A stretch of 39,117 nt of DNA, taken from assembly GCA_964346325.1 (NCBI GenBank), contig CAYFUK010000002.1, positions 1 through 39,117 on the forward strand. Reading direction: 5' to 3'. A model generated the notes under the pieces. That model saw only the letters and a list, made by a program, of their open reading frames with translations. It ran no database searches and had not been told where the DNA came from. This stretch comes from an uncultured Candidatus Peribacteria bacterium (GTDB taxonomy: Bacteria; Patescibacteriota; Gracilibacteria; UBA1369; PNNO01). The position numbers and the translations under genes were made by a program. Below are positions 9,180 through 17,831 of the stretch, one piece after another (position 1 is the stretch's first letter; each line of letters starts with the position of its first letter).

Positions 9180-9260
9180 AAAGCCGTAATTAGACGTTCA
9201 AAAAAGTTATACACATATTGTGCACAAGTTTTGAACATCAAGAGAGGTAATAAAAAGAGA

Positions 9261-10214
9261 ATGTCGCTTAAAAAAAAGAATTATGCTCACACTCCTGTCC
9301 TTAGTAATGCTGTTGAAAACTATACGTTATTACAAAAAGGAGACACTGTAATAGATTGTACACTCGGACTGGGAGGTCACAGTAAAATATTCCTTGAAAA
9401 AATAGCACCAAATGGAACCTTAGTAGCATTTGAACTTGATAAAGATAATCTTGAAATAGCAAAAAATCGTCTTAATAACAGCAGAAACAAAAACAAAATT
9501 CTCTTTATCAATAATAACTTTGCTCATTTAAAAGAAGAAGTGCAAGAAAACGAAATTACCGATGTAAAACTGATTTTTTTTGATCTTGGACTGTCATCAC
9601 CGCAGGTTGATGAATCTGAAAGGGGATTCTCCTTTCTAAAAGAAGGTCCTTTGGACATGAGGTTCGATAAGAACCAGATAGTTACGGCAGAAATGATCCT
9701 TAAAACATATTCCGAAAGAAAACTCGCAGAAATTTTTAAAGAGTACGGGGAAGAAAGGTATGCAAAGAAGTACGCACGCATAATAAAAGACAACTTACCT
9801 ATAGAAACCACCACTGAGTTAGCAGGATTAATTGCTTCGAGTGCTCCACGCTTTAAAAAAGGCAAGAAAAGTAAAAAACATCCTGCTACTCAAGTGTTTC
9901 AGGCCCTGCGCATCGCGGTTAACAACGAGCTCGAAACACTCAAAATCGCACTTAAAGACGCAATTAATATATTAGAACCGGGTGGAAGACTGATTGTTAT
10001 CTCGTATCATTCGTTAGAAGACAGAATAGCAAAAAATATAATCAGAACAGAAAGCAAAGAATGCATTTGTCCGCCCCAAATCCCTATCTGCCGATGTAAT
10101 CACAAACCGCAGGTCAAAATAATCACAAAAAAACCAATCACGCCGGAACAAGAGGAAATAAATGAAAATTCAAGAGCAAGGAGCGCAAAAATGAGAGTAG
10201 CGGAAAAATTATAA
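9261..10214 (+). CDS. rsmH: 16S rRNA (cytosine1402-N4)-methyltransferase RsmH/MraW (ATG at 9261 preferred over the TTG at 9231)
   Basis: HTPVLSNAVENY...DCTLGLGGHS...FDLGLSSPQVD...RGFSF...GPLDMRF...SYHSLEDRIAK...NSRARSAKMRV. AGAGAGG precedes the ATG at 9261. Confidence 0.92.
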   Translation: MSLKKKNYAHTPVLSNAVENYTLLQKGDTVIDCTLGLGGHSKIFLEKIAPNGTLVAFELDKDNLEIAKNRLNNSRNKNKILFINNNFAHLKEEVQENEITDVKLIFFDLGLSSPQVDESERGFSFLKEGPLDMRFDKNQIVTAEMILKTYSERKLAEIFKEYGEERYAKKYARIIKDNLPIETTTELAGLIASSAPRFKKGKKSKKHPATQVFQALRIAVNNELETLKIALKDAINILEPGGRLIVISYHSLEDRIAKNIIRTESKECICPPQIPICRCNHKPQVKIITKKPITPEQEEINENSRARSAKMRVAEKL

Positions 10215-10243
10215 CCGGAGCGAATCAATAACCTCATATATAA

Positions 10244-10600
10244 ATGTCACAAGTAATAGTACAACGCAATACACTTGCTTTTAGAAAAAGAAAGCAAAAT
10301 TTCAATCCTGCCAGATACAAATCTTTATTTATGATTTTTAGTCTCGGACTGGCTGTGACTTTTTTAAGTGTGTCGATGCTTGTGAATTTTAATCATGTTT
10401 CAACTAAAGGCTACACAATTAAATATTTAGAAGTACAACAACAGGGACTTTATGAAGAAAATGAAATGCTTAAAAAAGAACTTTTAGAGAAAAAAGCACT
10501 ATCACAATTGGCACTAACAGAAAAAGCGAGCTCAATGAGATTACCGTCCGATATTCAGTTTGTAAGAGGAAATAGTGCAATAGCTCTTAATGATTCCTAA
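10244..10600 (+). CDS. ftsL: FtsL-like cell-division protein (single TM segment plus coiled coil)
   Basis: 118 aa lying immediately after rsmH. It has a TM helix (LFMIFSLGLAVTFLSVSMLV) followed by a heptad-like region (LEVQQQGLYEENEMLKKELLEKKAL). The call rests on position and topology. Confidence 0.55.
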   Translation: MSQVIVQRNTLAFRKRKQNFNPARYKSLFMIFSLGLAVTFLSVSMLVNFNHVSTKGYTIKYLEVQQQGLYEENEMLKKELLEKKALSQLALTEKASSMRLPSDIQFVRGNSAIALNDS

Positions 10601-10647
10601 TCTCGATTTTACAGATAGGGTTGCTAAGGCTTAGGCAACTAGCAAAA

Positions 10648-10687
10648 GGCCTCTTTTAGATAGGCTTTCCTAAAGAGGTCTTTTTTC
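10648..10687 (+). terminator. Rho-independent terminator after ftsL
   Basis: ggCCTCTTTtagataggctttccTAAAGAGGtcTTTTTTc: a GC-containing stem followed by a T6 run. Confidence 0.7.
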
Positions 10688-10690
10688 AAT

Positions 10691-10719
10691 TTGATCCTGT
10701 AGTTTTTTTCAGGTATATT
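10691..10719 (+). promoter_or_regulatory. Putative promoter for fba-fbp (TTGATC-17 nt-TATATT)
   Basis: Hexamers read directly from the sequence. The -10 overlaps the inverted repeat CAGGTA-N6-TACCTG (10710-10727). Confidence 0.35.
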
Positions 10720-10757
10720 TTTACCTGGCTTTTCGTTTCAAAATTAACCTGAAAACT

Positions 10758-11795
10758 ATGTCTGACGTACCTGATTTTAGCAAGGATGTTAACCCAAATG
10801 TACGAGTTTTAACAGGAGGGTACACCCTTTTTAATCTTAGACAGCTTTTAAAAGTCGCTGATGATAATAATTTTGGAATTCCCGCATGTAATGTGCGCCA
10901 TGAGGATATCGGTGAAGCGGTACTTGATGCCGCGTGGGAATTGAAGGCACCGATTATTCTTGAAATTGCCGAAAGCGAAGCTGGATATTGCCCTATGCCT
11001 CCTTCAAAATTATCTGATTATGCGCATAATGCGATTGATAAAAGGATTAAAGAATATGGTTATGCAATACCTGTTTGTCTGCATCATGATCATATTCAAA
11101 AGGATGTTGACGGCTGTGTTCAAAAATCGATTGATGCAGGATTTTCTTCGGTTGAAGTTGATTTATCAAAATATCCGTTAAAAGAAAATATTAAAAAATG
11201 TTATGAAATTGCTGAAAAAGTGCATCCTTTAGGTATGAGTATCGAAGTTGAAGATGGGGAGATCGGAGCTGCAAGTGCATTGGCTGATCCGAATATGGAA
11301 GAAAATATAGAAAGTTATTTTACAAAAGTGGAAACAGCCATAGAGCTTGTTGAAGCGGTTAAACCCGAAGCTCTGGCCTTTTTTGTAGGTAATGGTCATG
11401 GTGTTTATTTGAAAGAACCAATACTTGGATATGACAGAATAAAAGAAATTTGTAACAGAATAAGGCCGATGGATTGTTACGGTGTGCTTCACGGCGGATC
11501 GGGAATTTCTCCTGAAATGTTTCAGAAAGCGGTTGATGCCGGTGCACGAAAATTCAATTATGCCACTTCACTTCAGAATATATGGTTTAAACACTTTCCT
11601 GAAAGTCTGACTGAAAAAATGAAGCAAACGGCAGAAGAGGACGGTAAACCTTTTAGAAAAGTTCTTTATAAATTCGTTGATGAAGTAAATAAACTCGATA
11701 TGACAGAAGCTAAAAACGAAATGAAAGAGCACATGAAAATGATGCTCAAAGAAGCATTTAATACCGCTAACAGAGCGGAACTTTACAAACGATAA
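10758..11795 (+). CDS. fba: Class II fructose-bisphosphate aldolase
   Basis: Zn/active-site motifs of class II aldolases: VCLHHDH, SSVEVD, FVGNGHGVY, VLHGGSG. Confidence 0.92.
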   Translation: MSDVPDFSKDVNPNVRVLTGGYTLFNLRQLLKVADDNNFGIPACNVRHEDIGEAVLDAAWELKAPIILEIAESEAGYCPMPPSKLSDYAHNAIDKRIKEYGYAIPVCLHHDHIQKDVDGCVQKSIDAGFSSVEVDLSKYPLKENIKKCYEIAEKVHPLGMSIEVEDGEIGAASALADPNMEENIESYFTKVETAIELVEAVKPEALAFFVGNGHGVYLKEPILGYDRIKEICNRIRPMDCYGVLHGGSGISPEMFQKAVDAGARKFNYATSLQNIWFKHFPESLTEKMKQTAEEDGKPFRKVLYKFVDEVNKLDMTEAKNEMKEHMKMMLKEAFNTANRAELYKR

Positions 11796-11807
11796 CCTTT
11801 TAATCAA

Positions 11808-12722
11808 ATGAGTATTTCTTTAGACAAACATTTACGTGACAGCAAAACAGATCACGATTTAAGGCATTTGATAGATAAAATAGCCATTACTTCAAAGTAT
11901 ATTCACCATGCAATGCAAACGGGTGATTTGGGCCTGGCCGGAACATCGAACATGTACGGAGAAGCCCAGCTTGCACTTGATGTTTTGGCAAACCAGATTT
12001 TTGTGAATGAACTTGAAGATTCGCATTATACGGCATGCCTTGCTTCGGAAGAAATGGAAGAAGAATGTAAAGTCCCGAAAGAAAAAAGAGGCGAATATAC
12101 GGTTGTATTTGACCCTTTGGACGGATCTTCGCTGGTTAACGCAAATTTTGCAATAGGCAGTATTTTCGGAATTTATAAAGGCGATAAAGTTATAGGCTTA
12201 AAAGGCGATGAGCAGGTAGCTGCGTTGGTTGTTGTGTACGGGCCTCGTGTAAGCTTGCTTTACACAACAAAAAATGGTGTTCATGAGTTTATTCTTAATG
12301 CGGTTGGTGAGTTTGTTTTATCCAAAGAAAACATTCAGATTGAAAAAGATGCCAAAAACTTTGCCCCCGGAAACTTAAGAGCGGTAGCAACCGAAGAAAA
12401 GTACATGAAACTTGTTAATGAATGGATGCAAAATCAATATACTTTAAGATATTCGGGAGGAATGGTGCCTGATATAAACCATATTTTTATGAAGGAGCAA
12501 GGTATATTTACCTATCCTGCGTATAAAGACAAACCAAACGGAAAATTAAGACTTTTATATGAATGCGCACCTATGGCACTTTTAATGGAACAAGCGGGAG
12601 GCCTTGCAACAAACGGTAAAAAACGTATTCTGGATATTGAAGTTGATAGCCTGGATCAAAGAACCCCTGTTTTTATAGGAAGTGAAAATGAAGTAAAAAA
12701 AGCTGAAAAGATGCTTGCTTAA
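11808..12722 (+). CDS. fbp: Fructose-1,6-bisphosphatase, class 1
   Basis: VVFDPLDGSSLVNANFAIGSIFGIY, YTLRYSGGMVPDINH, GKLRLLYECAPMALLMEQAGG and RTPVFIGS are canonical FBPase I motifs. Confidence 0.92.
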   Translation: MSISLDKHLRDSKTDHDLRHLIDKIAITSKYIHHAMQTGDLGLAGTSNMYGEAQLALDVLANQIFVNELEDSHYTACLASEEMEEECKVPKEKRGEYTVVFDPLDGSSLVNANFAIGSIFGIYKGDKVIGLKGDEQVAALVVVYGPRVSLLYTTKNGVHEFILNAVGEFVLSKENIQIEKDAKNFAPGNLRAVATEEKYMKLVNEWMQNQYTLRYSGGMVPDINHIFMKEQGIFTYPAYKDKPNGKLRLLYECAPMALLMEQAGGLATNGKKRILDIEVDSLDQRTPVFIGSENEVKKAEKMLA

Positions 12723-12782
12723 ATTGATGATTTTGTAAAATTAGATAGGCTCATCGGTTTAATTAATTGATGAGTATTATAA

Positions 12783-13367
12783 ATGACTATGCCTGAAGAT
12801 AACAAAAATTATAATAATAAACAGATAGAGGAGCTTGTTAAAAAAAGTCAGAAAGGCGATTCTGAGGCTTTTGCGGAGCTATATGAGCATTTTGTGACGC
12901 CTATTTATCGTTACATTTTTTTTAAAGTCAAAAAAGAGGATGTTGAAGATTTGACGGAAACACTTTTTTTGAAAGCATGGGAAAATATAAAAAAGTATAA
13001 AAAGAAAAGAAACACCAGTTTTAAATCGTGGATATTCAGGATTGCTCATAATCTTGTTGTTGATCATTACAGATTAACACGTGAACACGGGAGTCTGGAT
13101 CCGCGGATTAAAGAAACCAGGAGAGAAGCGAATCCAATAGATAAGACCGATTTGAATCTTAATAACGAAAATTTAAAATTTGCTATCAGTAAACTTAAAA
13201 AGAACTATCAGCAGGTATTGATTCTTAAATTTATTAATGAACTTTCCAATGAAGAAACAAGTAAAATCCTTAAAAAAAGCGAGGGTAGTATAAGAATTTT
13301 GCAATTCAGGGCGCTAAAAGCTTTAAAACAGACTTTTGAAGATATGGGTATAACAAACATTGAGTAA
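12783..13367 (+). CDS. ECF-type RNA polymerase sigma factor (sigma-70 family, group 4)
   Basis: Region 2 (FAELYEHFVTPIYRYIFFKV...WIFRIAHNLVVDHYR) and the region 4 HTH (LSNEETSKILKKSEGSIRILQFRALKALK). Confidence 0.9.
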   Translation: MTMPEDNKNYNNKQIEELVKKSQKGDSEAFAELYEHFVTPIYRYIFFKVKKEDVEDLTETLFLKAWENIKKYKKKRNTSFKSWIFRIAHNLVVDHYRLTREHGSLDPRIKETRREANPIDKTDLNLNNENLKFAISKLKKNYQQVLILKFINELSNEETSKILKKSEGSIRILQFRALKALKQTFEDMGITNIE

Positions 13368-13412
13368 CAAAAAATACACCTTTACGTTTATATAAGCGAA
13401 CAATCAAATTTT

Positions 13413-15161
13413 ATGGAGATCGATAAATACAAAAAACTGGAACTTAAATTAAAAGAGCTTAAAAAGCCTGAACTTACCGCTAAACAAAAGAGCGGTATAA
13501 AGAGCGAAATATTAAGCTCAATTAAAACTGAAAATAATTTTGAGTATTATCCTTCGTTACAAAAAGTAAAAAATTTAATTTCAAAACTGTCTGCCGATGT
13601 TAAACCCGATTCTGTTTTTAGAGCACGTTTGGCAGAAACAATAAATTCATTCACAAAAAATCATAAATCCGCATTTGTGTGGCATATACGTAAAATTTTT
13701 GCTTCAGCTCTTGTTGTTTTAATTACTTTTATGGTTGCAACCGTATATATTTCCGATATTCCCGTAATAAAGGCTGCAAGGCAAACAATAATAACCAATT
13801 TAAGCGGACAGGTTGAAGTTGTTAGGCAATCCGAATCCATAGATGCATATTCCAATATGTATCTTAAACAGGGTGATATTTTAATAACCGGAAGTAACGG
13901 AACCGCAATAGTAAGGTATATTGATGAAAGTGTGAGCAGGCTTTCACCCAATTCCGAATTAAAAATAAAAAAATTATATCAGGATGAAAATAAACGATCC
14001 GAAACAAAGGTGAAAATTGAGATAAAAAAAGGCAGGGTATGGAATCAGGTAATCAATATGGTAGGAAACGATTCTTCTTTTGAGGTTGAAACAGAGGAAG
14101 CAACAGCAAATGCATCGGAAAAGGCTTCTTTTGAAGTAAAAGCCGAACAACCTTTCAGGACTGAAATTTCGGTATACGACAATAAAGTTGAGGTAAGTAC
14201 AAAAGATGAAAAACAGACGATTTTGGAGGGATATACAATCGACGCAAACAAGCTTTATCCTCAAATAGATAGAACCGCTCTTTATACTCAGGAAGATAAA
14301 GAATGGGTTTATGAAAATATTGCCAAAGACAGAGAATATAAGAACGAGGTAATGCAAGAAATAAAGAAGGAAACAAAATCGGAAGCCGGTTATACATCTG
14401 AAAGTCCTTTGTATAGCGCAAAAAAATTTAATGAATCAACAAAATTGTTCTTAACGGGAGATGCCGAGGAAAATGCGAAATTAAAGATTGATATCGCATT
14501 AAAACGTTTGAATGAAGCAACTGTTTATATTAATGAAGAAAAACTTCCTGAAGCTGAAGATTTAATAAAAGAATTCCGTTCAATTGTTAATGAATTAAAA
14601 AATTCCGTTAATGATTCGGAAGAAGTAAAAGACTACTTTGAAAATTCTTTTTCTGAAAAATCAAAAGATTTTATTGTGGTTTTGCCCGATGATCCACTTT
14701 ATAAAATTAAAGAGGAATTAAGAGATGCCAAGAGGAGTCTGGCATTTAATGACAAAGAAAAACGTACTATAGAATTAATGGAAGCTGAAGAAAAACTCAT
14801 TGAAATAAAGGAATTAATAAAAGAAAACAAGAAAGATATTGCACAGGAGAAATTGATTGAGATACAAGAAGCGGTTGTTGGTATATCATTTGACGATTCA
14901 GAGAAAGATGAAGAGTTCATTGAAGAATATATAAATACTCTGAATTCGGCAAAAGTATTGCTCGAAGTGGCCGAGGTTGGGGATGATCCCGAAATGGTGG
15001 AATTGGCCGAATTCACTCATGCGCTTATTGAGGATGATATAAATGATTCCATCAATGAGAAACAGAAAGAAATTAAGAATGATGTGATTGATACGCATGT
15101 TGTTGAACAGCAAGACACACTGATTGAAGTAACCGAAGACCCTGTAATAACCGATCTCTAA
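13413..15161 (+). CDS. Membrane-anchored putative anti-sigma factor with a FecR-like domain and a DUF5667-like helical region
   Basis: Lies directly downstream of the ECF sigma gene. It has one TM helix (IFASALVVLITFMVATVYI) and a FecR-like beta region (GDILITGSNGTAIVRYIDESVSRLSPNSELKI). A long helical region follows (PLYSAKKFNESTKLFLTGDAEENAKLKIDIALKRLNEA) that resembles DUF5667 from memory. Confidence 0.7.
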   Translation: MEIDKYKKLELKLKELKKPELTAKQKSGIKSEILSSIKTENNFEYYPSLQKVKNLISKLSADVKPDSVFRARLAETINSFTKNHKSAFVWHIRKIFASALVVLITFMVATVYISDIPVIKAARQTIITNLSGQVEVVRQSESIDAYSNMYLKQGDILITGSNGTAIVRYIDESVSRLSPNSELKIKKLYQDENKRSETKVKIEIKKGRVWNQVINMVGNDSSFEVETEEATANASEKASFEVKAEQPFRTEISVYDNKVEVSTKDEKQTILEGYTIDANKLYPQIDRTALYTQEDKEWVYENIAKDREYKNEVMQEIKKETKSEAGYTSESPLYSAKKFNESTKLFLTGDAEENAKLKIDIALKRLNEATVYINEEKLPEAEDLIKEFRSIVNELKNSVNDSEEVKDYFENSFSEKSKDFIVVLPDDPLYKIKEELRDAKRSLAFNDKEKRTIELMEAEEKLIEIKELIKENKKDIAQEKLIEIQEAVVGISFDDSEKDEEFIEEYINTLNSAKVLLEVAEVGDDPEMVELAEFTHALIEDDINDSINEKQKEIKNDVIDTHVVEQQDTLIEVTEDPVITDL

Positions 15162-16225
15162 AAATTAATAGCCAGTAGCGAAAGTATAACTCCGAAGATT
15201 GAAAATATACCTCCGACTATCCAGAATCGCATAACAACTTTGCTTTCGGGCCAGCCCATATATTCATAATGATGATGCAAAGGCGCAACTTTAAATACTT
15301 TTTTACCGAAAACTTTTTTGGAAAAAAGCTGTATTACGATTGACAAAGTTTCAATAACAAAAATAAATCCGATTAAAATAAGAGCGATAAACGAATCTGT
15401 CATCATTGCTATAACACCCAGCGTGGCTCCCATTGATAAAGAGCCCGTATCACCCATATAAAATTTTGCGGGGGGAATGTTGTGCCATAAAAAACCAAGA
15501 TTTGCTCCGGTTAAAACCGCACACAAAGCTGATAAAATCAATAACCCTTTTGCAAAAGCGATTATACCGAAAGATGCAAAAGCAATTACAAGCAACCCGC
15601 CCGCAAGTCCGTCCAGGCCGTCCGTAAAGTTTACGGCGTTTGATGTTGCAAGTATAACAAGCATAAATAAAGGTATGTACCATAAACCTATAAAAATATC
15701 ACCGTAACCCGGAAAATGAACCTGATCATAACCCAGTTTAAAATAAAACCAGAGCGCTCCAATAAATGCGAATAAAGTAAGCCAGAAAAACTTTGGTTTT
15801 ATATTTATGCCTTTTGATTTACCAAGCCCTCTTATATTAAAATAATCATCCAATGCACCCAGTAAAGCCACAGCAAGCAAGGTTGCAACAGCAAGCCAGG
15901 TTTCTTTTCTGTTTAATAATGAGCTGCCTGTTACACCCAAAGCTGATAATACGCGGCTGCCAAGTACTATTATGAGTGTTGTTCCCCAAATCAGTATTCC
16001 TCCCATTGTCGGGGTTCCCGCTTTACCTTTATGCATTTTGTGGTATCTGCTTGCTTTTTCACCGGTTGAGGCGATTTCGCGGATTTGTTTGTGAATTTTA
16101 TATTTTTTTAAAATCTTTAAAAATGGTTTCGCCAAAATCAGTGAAACTAAAAAGGCGGTTGTAAAAGAGAAAAATATAAGAATCAAATGCCGTAAAACAA
16201 TATCGAGATCGAATACAATTGTCAT
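15158..16225 (-). CDS. mraY: Phospho-N-acetylmuramoyl-pentapeptide transferase MraY
   Basis: TPTMGG, NAVNFTDGLDGLAGG, MGDTGSLSMGATLG and APLHHHYE motifs in a polytopic membrane protein. Confidence 0.95.
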   Translation of the reverse strand: MTIVFDLDIVLRHLILIFFSFTTAFLVSLILAKPFLKILKKYKIHKQIREIASTGEKASRYHKMHKGKAGTPTMGGILIWGTTLIIVLGSRVLSALGVTGSSLLNRKETWLAVATLLAVALLGALDDYFNIRGLGKSKGINIKPKFFWLTLFAFIGALWFYFKLGYDQVHFPGYGDIFIGLWYIPLFMLVILATSNAVNFTDGLDGLAGGLLVIAFASFGIIAFAKGLLILSALCAVLTGANLGFLWHNIPPAKFYMGDTGSLSMGATLGVIAMMTDSFIALILIGFIFVIETLSIVIQLFSKKVFGKKVFKVAPLHHHYEYMGWPESKVVMRFWIVGGIFSIFGVILSLLAINF

Positions 16226-16236
16226 TAGTTATTTTT

Positions 16237-17127
16237 TTACCAAATATAAGATCGGAATGCCCACGAAGCGAGCATTTTGGTTTCGGCGAATCGGTCGGGG
16301 CTGTTTAAAACAACAGTTATTATTTTATTGCCTTTGTTATTTTCAATTATCGATACAAAGCATAAACCCGCCGCCCCTGTGTGTCCAGTTTTTAACCCCA
16401 TTATATTTAAAAAACTGTCTAATAATTTGTTTGTGCTTTTTAATTCATGGGTGAGTTCACCGTTTGTGGATGAGACGGTTGTGCTTTTTGTTTTCACTGC
16501 ATCTCTTACAAAAGGCTTTCTGTAAGCATATCTTGCCAAAAGTGATAAATCGCGTACAGTTGAATAATTTTCCAAATCGTCAAATCCGATAGGATTTGCA
16601 AATTTTGTTCCGTAAAGCTTTAGTTCTTTTGCTTTTTCATTCATCTTTTCAACAAATTCTTCGGTTGATCCTCCCACATGTTCCGAAATTGCCACTGCCG
16701 CATCATTCCCCGAGTGTATAAGAGAAGCTTTTAAAAGGTTTGACAATGTTATCTCTTCACCGGAATAAAGCCATATTTTAGAGCCACCGGTTTTTGCCGC
16801 ATTTCTGCTTACAATAACATTTTCGCTTATGTCTCTTTCTTCAAGGGCAACTATTGCTGTCATTAATTTTGTTATACTGGCGATTTGCATTTTTTTATTA
16901 TGATTTTTACCCCAAAGTACTTCACCACTGTCAAAATCAACTATTATTGCAGCATCGGCACCAATAACGGGTTCAACCGCATTATGCTTTTTAACGGGAA
17001 TCATTGAAGCCGGGAGGGTATCTTCGTATGTTAAAACAACAGGTTCGGGTTTTTTAGCGGGATCTGAGATTTCAGCAGGGGACCCCAGAGTGATTGTTGC
17101 ATATAAATTAAGAAAACTTGTCAGCAT
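16237..17127 (-). CDS. D-alanyl-D-alanine carboxypeptidase (peptidase S11, PBP5/DacB-like)
   Basis: SxxK (ASITKLMT), SxN (HSGNDAA) and KTG (LKTGHTGAAG) motifs in the correct order and spacing. Confidence 0.9.
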   Translation of the reverse strand: MLTSFLNLYATITLGSPAEISDPAKKPEPVVLTYEDTLPASMIPVKKHNAVEPVIGADAAIIVDFDSGEVLWGKNHNKKMQIASITKLMTAIVALEERDISENVIVSRNAAKTGGSKIWLYSGEEITLSNLLKASLIHSGNDAAVAISEHVGGSTEEFVEKMNEKAKELKLYGTKFANPIGFDDLENYSTVRDLSLLARYAYRKPFVRDAVKTKSTTVSSTNGELTHELKSTNKLLDSFLNIMGLKTGHTGAAGLCFVSIIENNKGNKIITVVLNSPDRFAETKMLASWAFRSYIW

Positions 17128-17831
17128 ATTTGATTTGAATCAATTCTTTTATAAGAACCCTTTTTTAAAGTTCCCAATTTAAGCTTACCGATTCGCAAGC
17201 GGTACAAGTATATAACTTTATTACCGGATTTTTCAAACATTCTTTTAATTTGCCGCTTGCGTCCTTCGTGTAAAGTTATGTTTAATTTGTCATTATTATG
17301 TTTTGTAATTTTACACGGAGCTGTTTTTTTGCCATCCAATTCAATGCCTTTTTCAAGTTTTTTTATTTGCAGTTGAGTTATCGGCTGTTTGAGTTCAACA
17401 TAATATTCTTTTTCGTGTTCGAATTTGGGATGAGTTAATTTATGAGCAAGGTCACCGTCATTTGTTAAAACCAAAAGCCCTTCGGTATCTTTATCAAGCC
17501 TGCCAACGGGAAATAAATCTTTGTACGGGATTAAATCCATCACCGTCTTTTTCGCATAAGGATCACTTTTTGTCGTTACATAACCCGCAGGTTTGTTAAG
17601 CATTATCGTTAATCTTTCTTTTTTCGGCTTAATAATTTCGCCATTTACATAAACTTTGTCTTTTTCGGGATTTATAGATTCTCCTATTTCTGCAATTCGA
17701 TTATTTATTTTTACTTTATCTTGCTCAATAAACTCTTCAGCTCTTCTTCTGGAGTAATCCGAATTAAGTGATATGAAGCGCTGAAGTCTGATTTTATTCT
17801 TCCGTTTCTTCACTTGTTTCTTCTTCATCAT
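17121..17831 (-). CDS. Pseudouridine synthase, RsuA/RluB family with an S4 domain (start taken at MMKKKQ; the ORF-track start at 17912 lies deep inside the upstream gene)
   Basis: S4 domain (RLQRFISLNSDYSRRRAEEFIEQDKVKINN) and a catalytic GRLDKDTEGLLVLTNDG motif. The Lys-rich N-terminus is typical of RluB. Confidence 0.85.
   Translation of the reverse strand: MMKKKQVKKRKNKIRLQRFISLNSDYSRRRAEEFIEQDKVKINNRIAEIGESINPEKDKVYVNGEIIKPKKERLTIMLNKPAGYVTTKSDPYAKKTVMDLIPYKDLFPVGRLDKDTEGLLVLTNDGDLAHKLTHPKFEHEKEYYVELKQPITQLQIKKLEKGIELDGKKTAPCKITKHNNDKLNITLHEGRKRQIKRMFEKSGNKVIYLYRLRIGKLKLGTLKKGSYKRIDSNQIC

Noticed and set aside
8937-9230. Degenerate mraZ or a small gene (79-aa ORF, 8897-9136) in the 294-nt gap upstream of rsmH
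   Set aside because: No frame resembles MraZ (SpoVT/AbrB-like), and the 79-aa ORF is hydrophobic junk overlapping the upstream gene start. The gap is better explained by divergent promoters. It contains the TTGACA-17-TAAATT match and a small inverted repeat TGTATA-N7-TATACA at 9013-9031.
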